A stretch of DNA of 64,000 nucleotides. It comes from Antedon mediterranea. Lineage: Eukaryota > Animalia > Echinodermata. The stretch lies in assembly GCF_964355755.1 (NCBI RefSeq), contig NC_092679.1:10523432-10587431 (forward strand), given 5' to 3'. The position numbers were made by a program, and so were the translations under genes. This document shows, piece by piece, positions 49,995 through 62,960 of this stretch. The notes beneath the pieces were generated by a model. It ran no database searches and was not told where the DNA came from. It saw only the letters and a program-made list of their open reading frames with translations. The stretch's first letter is position 1. The number at the start of each line of letters is the position of its first letter.

Positions 49995-52039
49995 TTAATA
50001 TTAGTTCAAATATTTTATTTACATTTTTAGCACATATTCAATCATAACGTGTCATACATCACCAATATTTTGGGGCATATTTTGTCCATGCTATGAATCA
50101 GTAAATTGGCAGTTCCGGCAGCCGAAATTATCAGACACCGCCTCGGCTAGCTGTCACCACCTATAGGCCTACTGTAATACTAGCTAGCTACTAATACTAG
50201 CTAGGCTACGCCTACTACTAGCAGTTGGCGCTACTAGCCTACCCTACCTATAGGCCTAACTAGGCATAGGCCTAGGCTAGGCCTCGTTTTGTTTCACGCC
50301 ACCCTGTCTTGTATTAACTAGGCCTACGCCTATTAAGTAATAGGCCTAGCCTAGCTAGGCCTAGGCCTATTACTGTATTATATTTCGATTTGTTAATTAA
50401 TTTCGTGAATACCACACCTTTTATTACAATCACCTCAAGTACTATTTATGAATTTGATGGAGAATCACATAAAAAGTAACAATTAAATCCTTTTTCATTG
50501 TATGGAGTATAACTATAGCCATGGCCTAGCCTAGACTAATTATACTTAGTCTGACTCAATATTTATAAGCAGCCTAATAATATATTGCATGCAAAGAGGT
50601 GGTACAGAGAAGATAGTCCCGCGCGTGTTCATGCATGCGAGAGCGCCGGCGCGTGATAAAAAGGATAAAAACCCTTTATATAAAATATATTTATATTATT
50701 ATTGATACTATTTAATAAGATTATTTATCAACCAAGAGTGGCAACACGATAAACGATAAATGGGGATTGGGAAAATTAATTATAGAAATGCACTTTCTTT
50801 CAGATTTCTCTAAAAATACTAGGCCTATTTGATTAGGTACATTTATTGGGGGATAAACTTAAAACCTTTCACAATAAATACATAAAACATTTTAGTCGCC
50901 ATTTTTGAAGCGCAAATGTATTACTGTGAGTGTGGGTACAAACACATATCCAAATACACTTTTATTACGGACACTTAAATTTTTGCTTCTCAACGTTAAT
51001 TTTATTAATTAATTATTACAAACAAGGCCATGGCTGCAGTCGCGTTCGCAAATTTTAGTTAGTGTTTACCGACCGACTTTTTAGGCTATCCTGGAAAATC
51101 TTTTATAAATGTATTATTTGTAATGTCCGTAATTTATGTTATCACTTTGTATATGTATTTTTTATGATGATTTTCCTAATAAATTCAAATCAAATCAGAC
51201 CAACCGACCGACCCACCAACCAACCAACTGACCGACCGGAGAGGTGTATCGTTACTGTACTTTACTATTTCAATCGACTATGACAGTGACAGTTTCAACA
51301 AACTATTAAATCGCAAATGTTTTACTGTGTTTAGTGGTATATTATTTATAAAACATGAAAACAATATATGTGAGCTGTTTCCAGGATGGCCGACATCTAA
51401 GCTCTTAACTTTTCATGCCTTTTTGTTTTTGCATTTTCACGCTGCTGCTCTAGCCCGCTACGTCCCATTAGGACTACTCAATCAGAAGCTAAAGCAAGCA
51501 GCAGTTATAGTTCTAAGGACGACAGTTTTGCGAAAATGGAAACTCCACTATAATTTATTGATTCCATCTGCTACAGTAGACCCAAAAAACGTCTGGGAAA
51601 AGAGTCTATTAGGACATGTCATGCTAAAATTACAAATCCCAAAGCATTTCTGGTATATTCACGGTCAGATATTCATTGAATTATTATCGAAACAGTCCAT
51701 TAAAGTTTGTGTTTGTAATAGGATACTTCACATTTGAAATATCTAGGGTGATGAAGTGACCCCCAGACTTGACCTTAGCAATAAAATTAACTAAAGTGAT
51801 AGAAATTGAGTATTCACTTCTGTAACAAAAAAATAATATTTATTCACATATAAAAAGAGAAAAGAAACCCAGAAACCATTGTCTGACAGACAATTTAAGT
51901 ATTTGTTGCTTTAAATTACATTTTTTCCAGGTAAAATAACTATTATGTGACAATAAAATGACACATTCAAAAACATTTGAAATAAAAAATATTTTTCAAT
52001 AAGAAATATTTCTTGTTTAAATTGTTCCAAGAGCGCCAA

Positions 52040-52500
52040 TTACGATTGGAACCTACATTTTTTTACAATAGTAATATCAGGTCGATTATGTTTTAATTCC
52101 TTATTCGTGTAAACTGTCATGTCCCAAGTAATTCGAATGGTTTTATTCTCTGTGACTGCAAATCTCCCAGTGTACCCGCAATGCCACCTTGTCATGACGC
52201 TTTCTATACTCTCTCTGGGCGAGCATCTTGCATCCACTGATAATAATGTCTTACAGTTTCAAAGAGTATCCACATAATCTGTATAACGGTGTTTTATGAT
52301 CTATACTGTATTTTATCGCATTCGTTCTTAAAGCTGGTTCTTGAGCAGCTAGTATCAAACGTTCTGTCTCTTTCCTAAGTCATCTCCCAGAATCTCCATG
52401 TAGGGCTTTCTCGTTCCAGCCCTTGGTGTTCTCCTCTCGCCACCTCTTCTGATAATCTATAAGATTTCCTTTTTCATCTTCTCCTTTAAAGCAAGTTGCA
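52040..52500 (-). pseudogene. R4/Dong-like (RLE-type) non-LTR retrotransposon fragment
   Basis: Minus frames give WNEKALHG, ETERLILAAQE.ALRT, RLCG..ETV.H zinc-knuckle remnant and WD..VYT...LKHNRPDITIV (RLE PD motif). Confidence 0.75.
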
Positions 52501-52959
52501 GCATCTACTGTAGTATTTTTACTCCACTAACAGCACATTATGTCGGTCGGTTGGTCGGATAGTCGGTCGGTAAACACTAGCTAAAATTTGAGCACGCGAC
52601 TGCAGCCATGTTAGGCCTATATGGCCTTGTTTTGACAAGTTTCTCTTTCGGAAGTAATTCCCAGGGTGCTAATTTTAGTTGACTAACTAGGCTAAGCCTA
52701 ATAAATAGCATGTGTATCTTACGATGCGTTGCACGATAGCCTAACTCGTCACTGTGACGAGTTCAAATCGAGTTGTTTTTATCATTTGAAATAAACGGAT
52801 TGTTAACAACATAAAAGGTTATCATATTCAAACAATTAAATAAACGCGAGTGTTGTAATATAAAACTAACCGTCATATAAACCGTTTACAATGCCAATAC
52901 CGTTGACTGCTGACACTTGTTGAACGGGTTTGATCGATGCTATGCTGTTTGTTTGTTTC

Positions 52960-53820
52960 GATTCAAACTAGTTTAGACACTCTGTTTGAATGGAGCATTA
53001 TTAATAAACTTAAACTAAATCCAAATAAATGCCTTGCAATGCATATCAATTTTAGTAAACATTTATCCCCCTGTCCTGATTTGCATATATCTAATCACTC
53101 TTTGGCTGTAGTTCAGGAAGTTAAATTGTTAGGTGTAATCATTCAAAACAATTTAAAGTGGCAAAGCCATGTAGATAACATTTGTATTAAAGCTAACAAG
53201 AAAATGTTTATGATACGCAAGTTGAGAGAAGCAGGTCTTAATAGTAATGAACTTATTTCTGTTTATAAAGGTTATCTGAGACCGGTGCTTGAGTATGCAG
53301 CCCCTTTGTGGCATGCAGGTCTTACGCAGGGACAGGTGAATCAGATTCAGAAGCGTGTCTGCAAGATTGTGTTGGGCAATGAGTATACAACATACTCGGA
53401 TTCTCTTGCCATTTTAAATCTTCAACCACTCCACACAAGAAGATGGCACTCTTGCAAGGTTTTTGCCTCTAAAGCACACGCCTCTGGTCAATTCTCCACC
53501 TGGTTCCCTGCCCCTCAGTATAGATCCTGCATGACACTTAGGCATAATCGTAAAGTGGAAAACTGCAGTTACAAAACAAAACGTTTCCAAACTAGTCCTG
53601 TCCCTTTTATGGTTGAACTTTTGAACAAACTGTAACTTTTTTATTTTTTTTTTGCTTGTTTTACTATTATTTGAGTTAACTGCAGTCTAATTTATTTGTT
53701 TTTATATATGTATGTATTGTTGATAGTGATTATAGTTTAAATAGTTTTTATAATGTAATACATATGCAATTCAGCCATGTATGTAATTTGTATGTGAATT
53801 TTGAATAAAATATACCGATA
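52960..53820 (+). pseudogene. 5'-truncated CR1/L2-group LINE (ORF2 C-terminus plus 3' UTR)
   Basis: LKLNPNKC, VKLLGVII.NNLKW..HVD, RPVLEYAAPLWH, IQKRVCKI in ORF 52937-53635. Confidence 0.9.
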
Positions 53821-54432
53821 TATATATAAATTGTACAATCGTTGTGGTGCGCAGCCTACCGTAGGCTAAGCCTAATAAATATCATGTGTATCTTACGATG
53901 CGTTGCGCGATAGCCTAACTCATCGTCACTGTGACGAGTTAAAATCGAGTTGTTTTTATCATTTGAAATAAACAGATTGTTAACAAACTATTTATTTAAG
54001 ATTCTTTGATCGCACACAATTCACTTCAATTTTGTAATCACTTATGATCAATTTACCCAATGTAACTTAGGTGAGATATTATCGTGGTATGTTTCAAATT
54101 CAATCATTATTTTAATGACCTCAACATTGTACTGGTCAAGAGACAAGATAAGTCATTATTTATTAAAGAAGTTCATTCATTGTATTCTATGGAAACAAAA
54201 TGTTTTATATGGACGCCAGAGCCTTGAGCAATATTGATAATAAAATCTATCATTATAGGCCTACACATGCAGAAGGCTGAGAACCGTACAATACATAACT
54301 TCCCATGCCTCCAATTTAAAGCATTACACAACCTGTCAGGCTATCGGCAACAGAAGACCTAATCATCATTCGATGTAGGCCTACAGTATTATTGTATACA
54401 GTACCGGTATTACTTACTAAAACAACTTGCTA

Positions 54433-55925
54433 ACTAGAATTTAATTCGTCACTTTGACGAATTATAGGTGATCATTTTTATAATTTTACATTTCATTTTT
54501 AAAAAACATGTTTTAAAAAACATGCACGTATGTTAAAATATGATCGCAAGATGTTGATTTATATTTATATGCTTATAGTGCTAGTGAGTTGTGCCTATTA
54601 TATGCCATATAAAATATATACAGTAGGTCTATATACTGTATACTATGTATATACAGTGTAGCATAGGCGAAATTACGGGACACACATCAAATTCTAATTT
54701 TATGGTATGATGGCATTATCAAAATAAACTTGAAGATGACAATCTTGAAAGATAATTAATTGAGTAAATAAATGATTTGGTCGAAAATTTGGCACGTAGA
54801 AGCGCGGTGCGCACTCATCATCTAGTATCGGCCTCAGACGTATTGGATTATGCCTTTCCTCTTGTCAAGGTGGGCACTGGACGAGAGAAGCCCTTGGTCA
54901 ATGTTAGGACCAATCAAGGTGCTTTATAAACAGTCCTGGCTTTGTTTGTATCAAACCTGTTAGTGGCGGTAATTATTGCTGTTGGTTTCGATTGAATAAA
55001 ATAAAAATAAAATAAAATAACCTTTTGAATATCTTTAGATATTCAAATATACGGCGATGGTGAAATTACACGACTTACGTTATTCAAGTTTTTACGCGAT
55101 ATGACGTCATCATGAAAATGGTGGCAACTCCTGAAAAAGTCAATTAATTGAGCAATCACTAGTCTTTTGAGCAAAAATCGGACATAAAATAACCGAGATG
55201 CGCTCTGTTGAATGCGATAACCTACAAAAAAAGATAACAAATTCTAATTTTTTAATTCAAGTGGCCAGTTTGATAAAGTCACAACATTTTGTACGTAAAA
55301 TGTGTACATGAATTCATATCTACAACTCATTGGCTTCCAGAATAAGAATTATTTTCATTTGAAAATGACTTATTTTTTTACCATTTTCAGCACTTTTGTG
55401 ATTTTTGTAATTTGTAAAGTGCTCGTATAGCGTTATTTTAAGTTTGAATGGATTCGGTTAATGTGCTAAGGATTTTGAGTACAATGTGATTTGTACAACA
55501 CATTTTATTTGTTACGCTTTCTAAGAATCACGTGCGCAGTAATTTTTTTAAACACGCAAATGGCCTAATTCATGCTCTAAATTGATTAAAACTTAATTTT
55601 TGAGCATTTCACATTTCAATTTCACGTGCATGACCTTGGAACGCGTAAGTTTTTATTTGCTAATATTTTTACTCTTACGTGTAGTGAATTTTATTGATAT
55701 GCGATGATGAGTTATGTAGATATGATTAATAATGTGATTTCACAAAATGGCGTATAAATGACGTCACGGATAAGTGATCACGCTGAAATGATTAAGTTAA
55801 ATTGTTTGAAAGATCTTGTGAAATTTAGGGATCATTGACATTTAACTTTTTGAGATATTTGTTACACAAAATCTGTACAGAAAGAATAATAAAAATTTCA
55901 TATAATAACAATAGGTGATCATTTT
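54433..55925 (-). mobile_element. Diverged HINE-family element carrying an insertion at ~54800-55020 that ends in (AAAAT)n
   Basis: ACTAG..AATTCGTCACTTTGACGAATT terminus; ATAGGTGATCATTTTTA at both ends; internal blocks shared with the 37-45 kb copies. Confidence 0.6.
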
Positions 55926-56205
55926 TATTCTAAAAAAACTCATTTATCTTCAGAAAAGTTTGATTTTATTACGGTATCAATAAAATGCAAAGACGTAGTT
56001 TTTTGTGGGAGCTGTACACACCTTTATTCTTGTTCTCTTTTTCGATGGTTTTATGTTTATATTGATATTTACGATTTGCACATTATACGACTAAAAGTTA
56101 ATATCTGTATATATATAATGTAACATTTTAAAAATCAACTGTCAAATTCTCCTACGATTAGATGAGGAAATCTGTGAGAATGAGAAAAAGTCGCCATTAT
56201 TATAC

Positions 56206-56480
56206 TTTTCTGGCTGTTTTACTTTATAGTTTTGATTTAGCTTTTCGCTTTTTTTTTGTATCTCCATTGAGATCCAGCCACTTTCATTTTTTCAGTAACT
56301 TGCCTTTATATTTATATATATATATATATTTTATATTTTAAAGTCGCCATTATTATACTTTTCTGGCTGTTTTACTTTAGAGTTTTGATTTAGCTTTTCG
56401 CTTTTTTTTTTTGTATCTCCATTGAGATCCAGCCACTTTCATTTTTTCAGTAACTTGCCTTTATATTTATATATATATAT
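56206..56480 (+). repeat. Two tandem partial pLTR copies, inverted relative to the Penelope element
   Basis: ACTTTTCTGGCTGTTTTACTTTA..GAGATCCAGCCACT..TTGCCTTT(TA)n at ~56203-56328 and ~56358-56482. Confidence 0.8.
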
Positions 56481-57265
56481 ATAAATCCAAAGGCAAATTA
56501 CTGAAAAAAATGACAATGCTGTGGGTATCAGTGGCTGGATCTCAATGGAGATACAAAAATAAAAAGCGAAAAGCTAAATCAAAACGATAAAGTAAACAGC
56601 CAGAAAAGTTAGCAGAGCTTTCGGGCAACACTAGCCCTTCATCAGTGCAAGTGAAGGAATTTGGATAACGTCATAGTATAAAGCTGGCAAGTGCTGCCTG
56701 GGTGGACAGGAATAAAAGAAATATAACAAAGGGAGCCAGGGTGGAGTCTGAATAAGAGTAGAAAACAAAGAAGGTAGCTTGGTAGAGATATAAACAATTT
56801 TGGAATGAGACTAAAAAACAGCTTAAATGGTGGTTAATATTGAAACTTAAATTTTGGTAGTCAATGGAATAATTTTACCGATCTGGGAGTATGTTCCTAA
56901 TGTTAAGTCCAAAAGGTTTTGTGGTTTTAAGTAGTAATTCCCAGTGGTTTTCTTTGTCTTTGCGAGTTTTGTCGCTCCATTTGACATCGTGGTCTATTGC
57001 AATAACTCTGAAATTTGCAATCGAGTGACCAGCTGAATTAAAATGATCGGCTACAGGTTGATCAAGCTTTAATGTTTTGATATCTGATATGTGTTGTGTC
57101 ATTCTCATACGGAGAGTATTTTTTTGTTTCCCCGACGTACTGTTTGCCACAAACATTAGAGTATATGAGATAAATGACGTTTTTGGTTAGACAATTAATT
57201 GATTGTCTTATCCGAAAAATGCGGCCAGTTTGGTTATTCTTAATTTTTTCAGTAGCTACTAGAAT
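56480..57265 (-). mobile_element. 3' part of a Penelope-like retroelement: GIY-YIG endonuclease (frameshifted) plus pLTR
   Basis: Joined ORFs 57062-57268 and 56875-57156 read INC.TKNVIYLI...VCGKQYVGET...LR.RM.QH..DI......PVADHFN..GHS...E..W...LKT..PFGLN; frameshift in the T-run near 57120; ends in (TA)n. Confidence 0.92.
56612..56648 (-). ncRNA. Minimal type I hammerhead ribozyme, second copy
   Basis: Exact reverse complement of 39232-39268; same strand as, and ~230 nt downstream of, the GIY-YIG ORF stop. Confidence 0.87.
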
Positions 57266-57319
57266 CAACTAATGAACAAGTTATGATTGATCATATATAT
57301 ATGAAACGATAAAGATTTA

Positions 57320-57650
57320 TTCTGTGCCTGTGATGTTTATATATGAAAAAGTATCTCTCTGGAAATCCCGTTTCGTGAATAAAATACCGTACTGAAAGAT
57401 AAGGGCGTATCAATTTGATCTCTGGTGCGCGTGCGTACAATTGAGGGACAAGTGCTGTTTCGCTGCAGTGAGAGCTGTACGGGGCTGTACCACGCCGAGA
57501 GTGCTATCCTATCTAGTTTAAGCAATACAGTACCATGAAAGCCCCAGTGGTCTAATGGTTAGGACATCTGCATATCAAGCAGAAGTTTCCGGGTTCTAAT
57601 CTCGGTTTTGGCGACTTTTTCTCATTCTCACAGACTTCCTCATATTTTAT
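57320..57650 (+). repeat. Family T1 unit, second copy (tRNA-like 57541-57613, anticodon ATC)
   Basis: Colinear with 38835-39140; TCTGC-ATATCAA-GCAGA anticodon arm, CCGGG-TTCTAAT-CTCGG T arm, then CTTTTT. Confidence 0.8.
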
Positions 57651-58382
57651 ATTTAGATAATTCTATTTTGCCAAGCAACAAACAGACACACGCGATAGAT
57701 TACATAATTATACAATTCCTTATTCTAAATATTTTTTCCTGCCTAATTCGCATGTGGGGGGGGGGGGGGGGGAGTAGAAAAAGCGCAGAATTTAAACCTT
57801 TATCAGAATATGTCGTAATAAGGTGATTTATAAAATGTTATGATTTATCATAAATTCTGAATTATAAGACATTTTTTAATGAAACTTGTTGAAAGTATAC
57901 CTAATAATATGGGGCAACTTGTGCTACGCAATAATTTACACGCGCACGCGTGTTTAAAATTTCAAATTGCGCAAAATTAGTTTGTAATCAAATTCGCGTA
58001 CATACAGGTTATTCTGAGCATTTAAAAATGTTCTCAATTTTTCTACAAAGCGTGGAAAAAAGCTTTCTGCAATTGATTTGGTTTTTCATACCTTCTTCAA
58101 TAGATTTCATTCATTTTGATGAACTTGAATTGCAAAAAAACGACGCACGTGCACATTAAATTTTAATAATCGTGTGCTAAAAAATGGGTAATTTAATGCA
58201 AATCTGTAAATAAATATACGTATTTTTAATCGATTATAGCTCCTTGTTGATGGCTGGTGACCCCCATTTTTTAAATTATTAGGGAAGATGATGAATTCAT
58301 GTGAAATGTGTACCTACCGGATGTTCTGAAGCACCATATGACCACTCGAATTTTTAAAATAGTATTTTTTCTCCTTTATACT

Positions 58383-58713
58383 ATTGTATTGTAATAATAA
58401 CTACTGTAGAGTAGCTTTGCGTCAGGGTATTAAGTAATTGGTCAGATGTTTTGCCCTACTCTGACGTAATTTGTACTTTATACTAAGTACATGAGAATAC
58501 TCAAGTAATTCTCGGGCGGGACTCAAACCCATGACCTCCCGATCACTAGAGATGGCGTTCATACCCCTAGACCACCGAGCTTGCGCTGATGGCTAGGGTT
58601 AGATTCGAGCCCAAGTAAGCAGCGGGATGAAACATCATCGGCTACCCCCAGGGTGTGCGGCTTGGTAGTTTTTATTTAACTGCACCAACAGGATTGTAGT
58701 TGTTAATAACTAC
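58383..58713 (-). repeat. Family T2 unit, second copy
   Basis: tRNA-like at ~58510-58580 on the minus strand; terminal redundancy ATTGTA(G)TTGT(A/T)ATAA..CTAC at both ends. Confidence 0.75.
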
Positions 58714-58929
58714 AACTAGGCCTAGTCCATGGGCCAGACATTTTTTCGGTCTCAAATTGGTGGCAAATGCTATCATATATTTTTGGAAAGCTTAGCATGT
58801 CTACTTTTCAGAAATCCATGATAGCAATGCCAATTGTACAGCATAATAATCATTTTTAAAGATTATAACACCGCCTACGGAAAATATGCAACAAAAAATG
58901 TTAGGGTAAGTGAAAAGATTTGCATTTTT

Positions 58930-60430
58930 TTGATATCAGGTATTTAGTGTAATATAACTAATATCCAACAAATATTGACGCCATTAGAGGTCAGAAGGTC
59001 ATTGAACTTTAATAAAAAATGAAAAAAAATTTTTTTTTTTTTAATATTAACTTATAACTTTCAGTTAAAAAAAAAAAAAAATAGAATAGATATTATGCAA
59101 ACTGATGTTTTCATGAACATATAGACCCAATAAACAAGAAAATTGAAATTAAAGATTAACAAAAAAATGAATATGCTATGTATTATGAAGAAATGTGTTC
59201 GTTTTCAGTAATTTGTAATCGTTTGCAATTATGGGGTAGGGGGTAACATTTTTGTGAATAACTTACAATTTAATTAACAGATTTGCATTTTTCTGCTATC
59301 AGTATGTAGTGTATAGATTGCCTAATTGTAATATACTTTTTAAAAATGAATCCAACATTTATTGACAACTTTAGAGGTCAAAAGGTCACTGACCTTTAAT
59401 AAAAAATGCAATTTCTTCTAAATTAGCTTATAAATTTCAATTTTAAACACAAAAATACAAGATATCTTATGCCAACTAAAGTTTTCTTAAACCTATAGAC
59501 ACAATAAATAAGAAAATTGAATTTAACATTTTTTCCAAAAATTGAATATGCTGTGCATTATAAAGAAATGTGTTCGTCATTAATAATCGTTGACAATAAT
59601 GGGGTAGGAGGTAACATTTTTGCAAATAACTTAAGATTTAGTGAACAGATTTGCATTTTCATGTTATCATTATGTAGTGTATGGATTTCTTTATTGTAAT
59701 ATACTTTTTTAAAATGAAAGCAGCATCTATTGACGTCTTTAGAGTTCAAAAGGTCAATGACCTTTAATAAAAAATGCAATTTCTTCTAAATTAACTTATA
59801 CATTCCAATTTTAAACACAAACTTATAAGAGATCTTATGTTAATGTTTTCCTAAGCATATAGACACAATGAACAAAAAAATTGAAATTCAACAAACAAAT
59901 ATTCTGTGAATTCATGAAGACATTTTGTCGGCTAATAATAATTTGTTATTAAAAGTTATAGGGTAAGGGGTAACATTTTTTCTAATAACTTTGTATTTAG
60001 TGATCAAATTTGCATTTTTTGTATTAATATGTACTGTGTAAGTTGCCTAATTGTTATATTCATGTTAAAAAAACAAAACGTAACATATATTGACATCATT
60101 GTAGGTCAAAGGGTCATTGAACATTAACAAAAAATACAATTTCGTCCAAATTTAACATTAATAAAGTTTCAATTAAACACAAAAAGACAACACATCTAAT
60201 ACAAACTGGTGTTTTTTTTTCAAACCTATAAAGACAATGTACAAATACAGATTGAAGTTAAAGAATAAAAACAAATAAACATGTATAGGCCCTAACAATA
60301 TGAAGAATTTTGACCGTATTAGTAATTTGTAATCCTTAATCCTTAAAAATTATGGGGTAAGGGGTAACATTTTTGCTAATAACATTGAATTTATTGAACA
60401 TATTTTGTATTTCTTGGTAACAATAAGTAG
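58930..60430 (+). repeat. Degenerate ~360-390-bp tandem repeat, ~4 units
   Basis: AGAGGTCA(A/G)AAGGTCA(T/C)TGA(A/C)CTTTAATAAAAAATG at ~58986, 59373, 59741, 60103; GGGGTA(A/G)GGGGTAACATTTT at ~59233, 59601, 59960, 60354. Confidence 0.8.
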
Positions 60431-60734
60431 GATACTGTATAAACTGTTTAATTAAAAATTGTTAATAACAAATGATGCAACATTTTGATCTCAAATAATA
60501 TTACCAATACTGGTTGTGTAGTTTTATTTAAAGCCTGTAGACAAATTGTTAAAGAAAATTTTAGTATTTAGTGTTGTTTTGGGGTACAAAATAACATTAT
60601 ACATGACTTGTTGGAGGGTAAACATTATTTATTTATTTGAAAAAAAAGAAATTAATGATTTTGTTTTAATATGAGGATATGGAGCTTTATAAAAACATTT
60701 ATTTCATCTTGAAATTGCAGGATGGATAAACTAT

Positions 60735-60865
60735 TTTAGTCTCACTTAAGGCTTAAGGATTGCAGTTGAAAGAGTCGTGAGTTACAACCCTGGCACTAGG
60801 TCAGGATTGAACCCCGGACCTTGGGATTGGAAGGCAAGCACGTTAACCACCAAGCTACAGCTCCA
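60735..60865 (-). mobile_element. tRNA-derived SINE fragment
   Basis: Minus strand GGAGCTGTAGCTTGGTGGTTAACGTGCTTGCCTTCCAA..GGTTCAATCC (A and B boxes). Confidence 0.7.
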
Positions 60866-62534
60866 CTACTTTTGATAGGGTATTTGGTTATTTTTTTAAA
60901 ACATATCCGGCTACTGTTTTTAGGCTATATAAATTGTTATTAGTTTACATATTGTACTTTAAAACAATTAATCGACTTATATAGTAATTTTAAAAATGAC
61001 ACTAGGGCCTACCAATTAAATTTGTATTTCATTTGTATTTAAAAGATATTCTTTCTATAAATGTTCATCTGACATTTTCTTTTATCTTGGTTTACAAAAA
61101 TGAATCAATAACAATATGTAAATGTTTCAGATCTGCATATCAGCTGCAGTTTAGCAATTCACACTTTCTAGGAATTATTTCTATTATATTACATCGTCAA
61201 ATTCCAGTAAAGCCTACATCATTTAAAAACAACTGGATATATATGGAAATCTTAAAAAGACATGATTTTGTTATCGCAAATTGAAGTATACTCTTGTGCA
61301 ATGTTCTTTGACATTTTGGAATGTGATACTTTGCAAGTTTCCCGATCTTTTAAAATGTTATGAAAAAGCTGACAAAAATACTAGAACCAAGTACACTGGT
61401 ACAGCACGTTATAGTCTTCAGTCCGTATTCTTTAGAGATGTGAAGGGCATCCAACAATGGATAGAAATACTATTTGGCTCAGTGGCGTCTGTGATAAATG
61501 AGGAAAATGTATAGTTTGCAAGGCAGTCTCTTCTGAAGATGTATCAGATATGATTTTCCTTCATGTGTAAATTGCATTGACTGGATCTTCTCACCTAACT
61601 TTAGGTGGTTGTGTCAGAGTTTTCCTCCAATATAATTGTTAATGTCCATGTCAATGTCTTTCTTGACACAATCTTTTGGGTCCTTTCCAGGAGTCCAGAA
61701 AATACAGAAACAGACTGAAGACCGTAACGTACTCCACCAGTGTTCTTGGTTAAACATCTTAATAGATATTAATGGTAACCTTTATCAAAATGGGGAAAAC
61801 TTACAACCACCTTCGACCATGCTAAGATACATGGCACATACTTCAAACTGCGATATGAAAACATAGAGATACCTAGTTCTTTCAAACATATGTGGAAGCT
61901 CCACTGGTCTCTGAGGATGTAGTGTAAATTTCCTAGAAAGTGTGAATTGCTGAACTGCAGCTAATATGAAAATCTAAACAAATTGACATATTAATGAGTT
62001 TGAATAAACTAACTGTTTTCTTTTAATCAAGATAAATGAAAATGTAATTGTCCTGTAATATTACAATTACCATAACAGTTTTGTTTTTAAAAAAAAAGAA
62101 AACCTCAATCTCATTTGCATTTGCAAACCAGATGAACATTTATAACCTTATAATATCTTATCATTTACAAATAAAAGATATAATTGTTAATCTAAGCAAT
62201 TTTCATTTCTATGATTACTATAGACAATTGAATGTTTTGATTATGTAAATTATAAAAAACAACTTACAACACAGAAGCTGGATATGTTTATTATTATCAA
62301 TATGTAATAACAATGAAACATCAAAGGTATTTTTATTATCCTCATATTTAATATTCATTTATTTTAATTAATAATAAATCAAATAATGTATACCCTCCAA
62401 AAAGTCATGCTTTATGTTAATAATTGTACCCCATAACAATACTAAATGGTGAATTTTTTTCTATAGGTTTAATAAAATAAAAACCACATAAATCTATTGG
62501 TAAAAACATTTAACTTTTATTATAAGCAATGAAA

Positions 62535-62960
62535 CAGTTTCAGTTCAGTTCAGTTTAGCTGTATCATCCTCTGTCGGATGTAGCCCTCCTCATGCTTTTG
62601 CCAATCCCGTCTGTTCTGTGCTGTCCTTGCCCACATGATGCCTGCATACTTTGTAATGTCGTCCCTCCATCGCCGTTTCTGCCTTCCCCTTTTTCTTGTG
62701 CCGGTTCTTGGTTGCCATTCTGTCATACGTTTTGTCCACCTGTTGTCATCCCTTCTTGCCAGGTGTCCTGCCCAACGCCATTTTGCTTCTTTTATTTTGT
62801 TCATTATATCTTTGACTTTAGTCAATTTCCTTATTACTGTGTTTTTGATTTTATCCCTAATTGTCACTCCAAGCATCTGCCTTTCCATAGCTCTTTGTGC
62901 AGTGGTTAGTTTTTGTTCCAAAAATTTTGTTGTTGTCCATGTTTCACAACCATAAGAAAC
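62535..62960 (-). pseudogene. RTE-clade LINE 3' fragment with (ACTGA)n tail
   Basis: YGCETW, QRAMERQMLGVTIRD, KWRWAGHLARR, W.PR...R.RGR..RW.D; tail CAGTT repeats at 62534-62555. Confidence 0.9.

Noticed and set aside
58383-58713. Hammerhead inside family T2 that would make it a classical retrozyme
   Set aside because: I found no CUGANGA..GAAA core with stems on either strand by eye; only the permuted structure is reported.
12330-61000. Remaining short 60-136 aa ORFs as host genes
   Set aside because: Low-complexity I/F/K/L-rich translations typical of AT-rich non-coding or repeat DNA; no domain motifs or consistent exon chain found.
62592-62955. Plus-strand ORFs of 105-106 aa
   Set aside because: Antisense shadows of the RTE LINE fragment.
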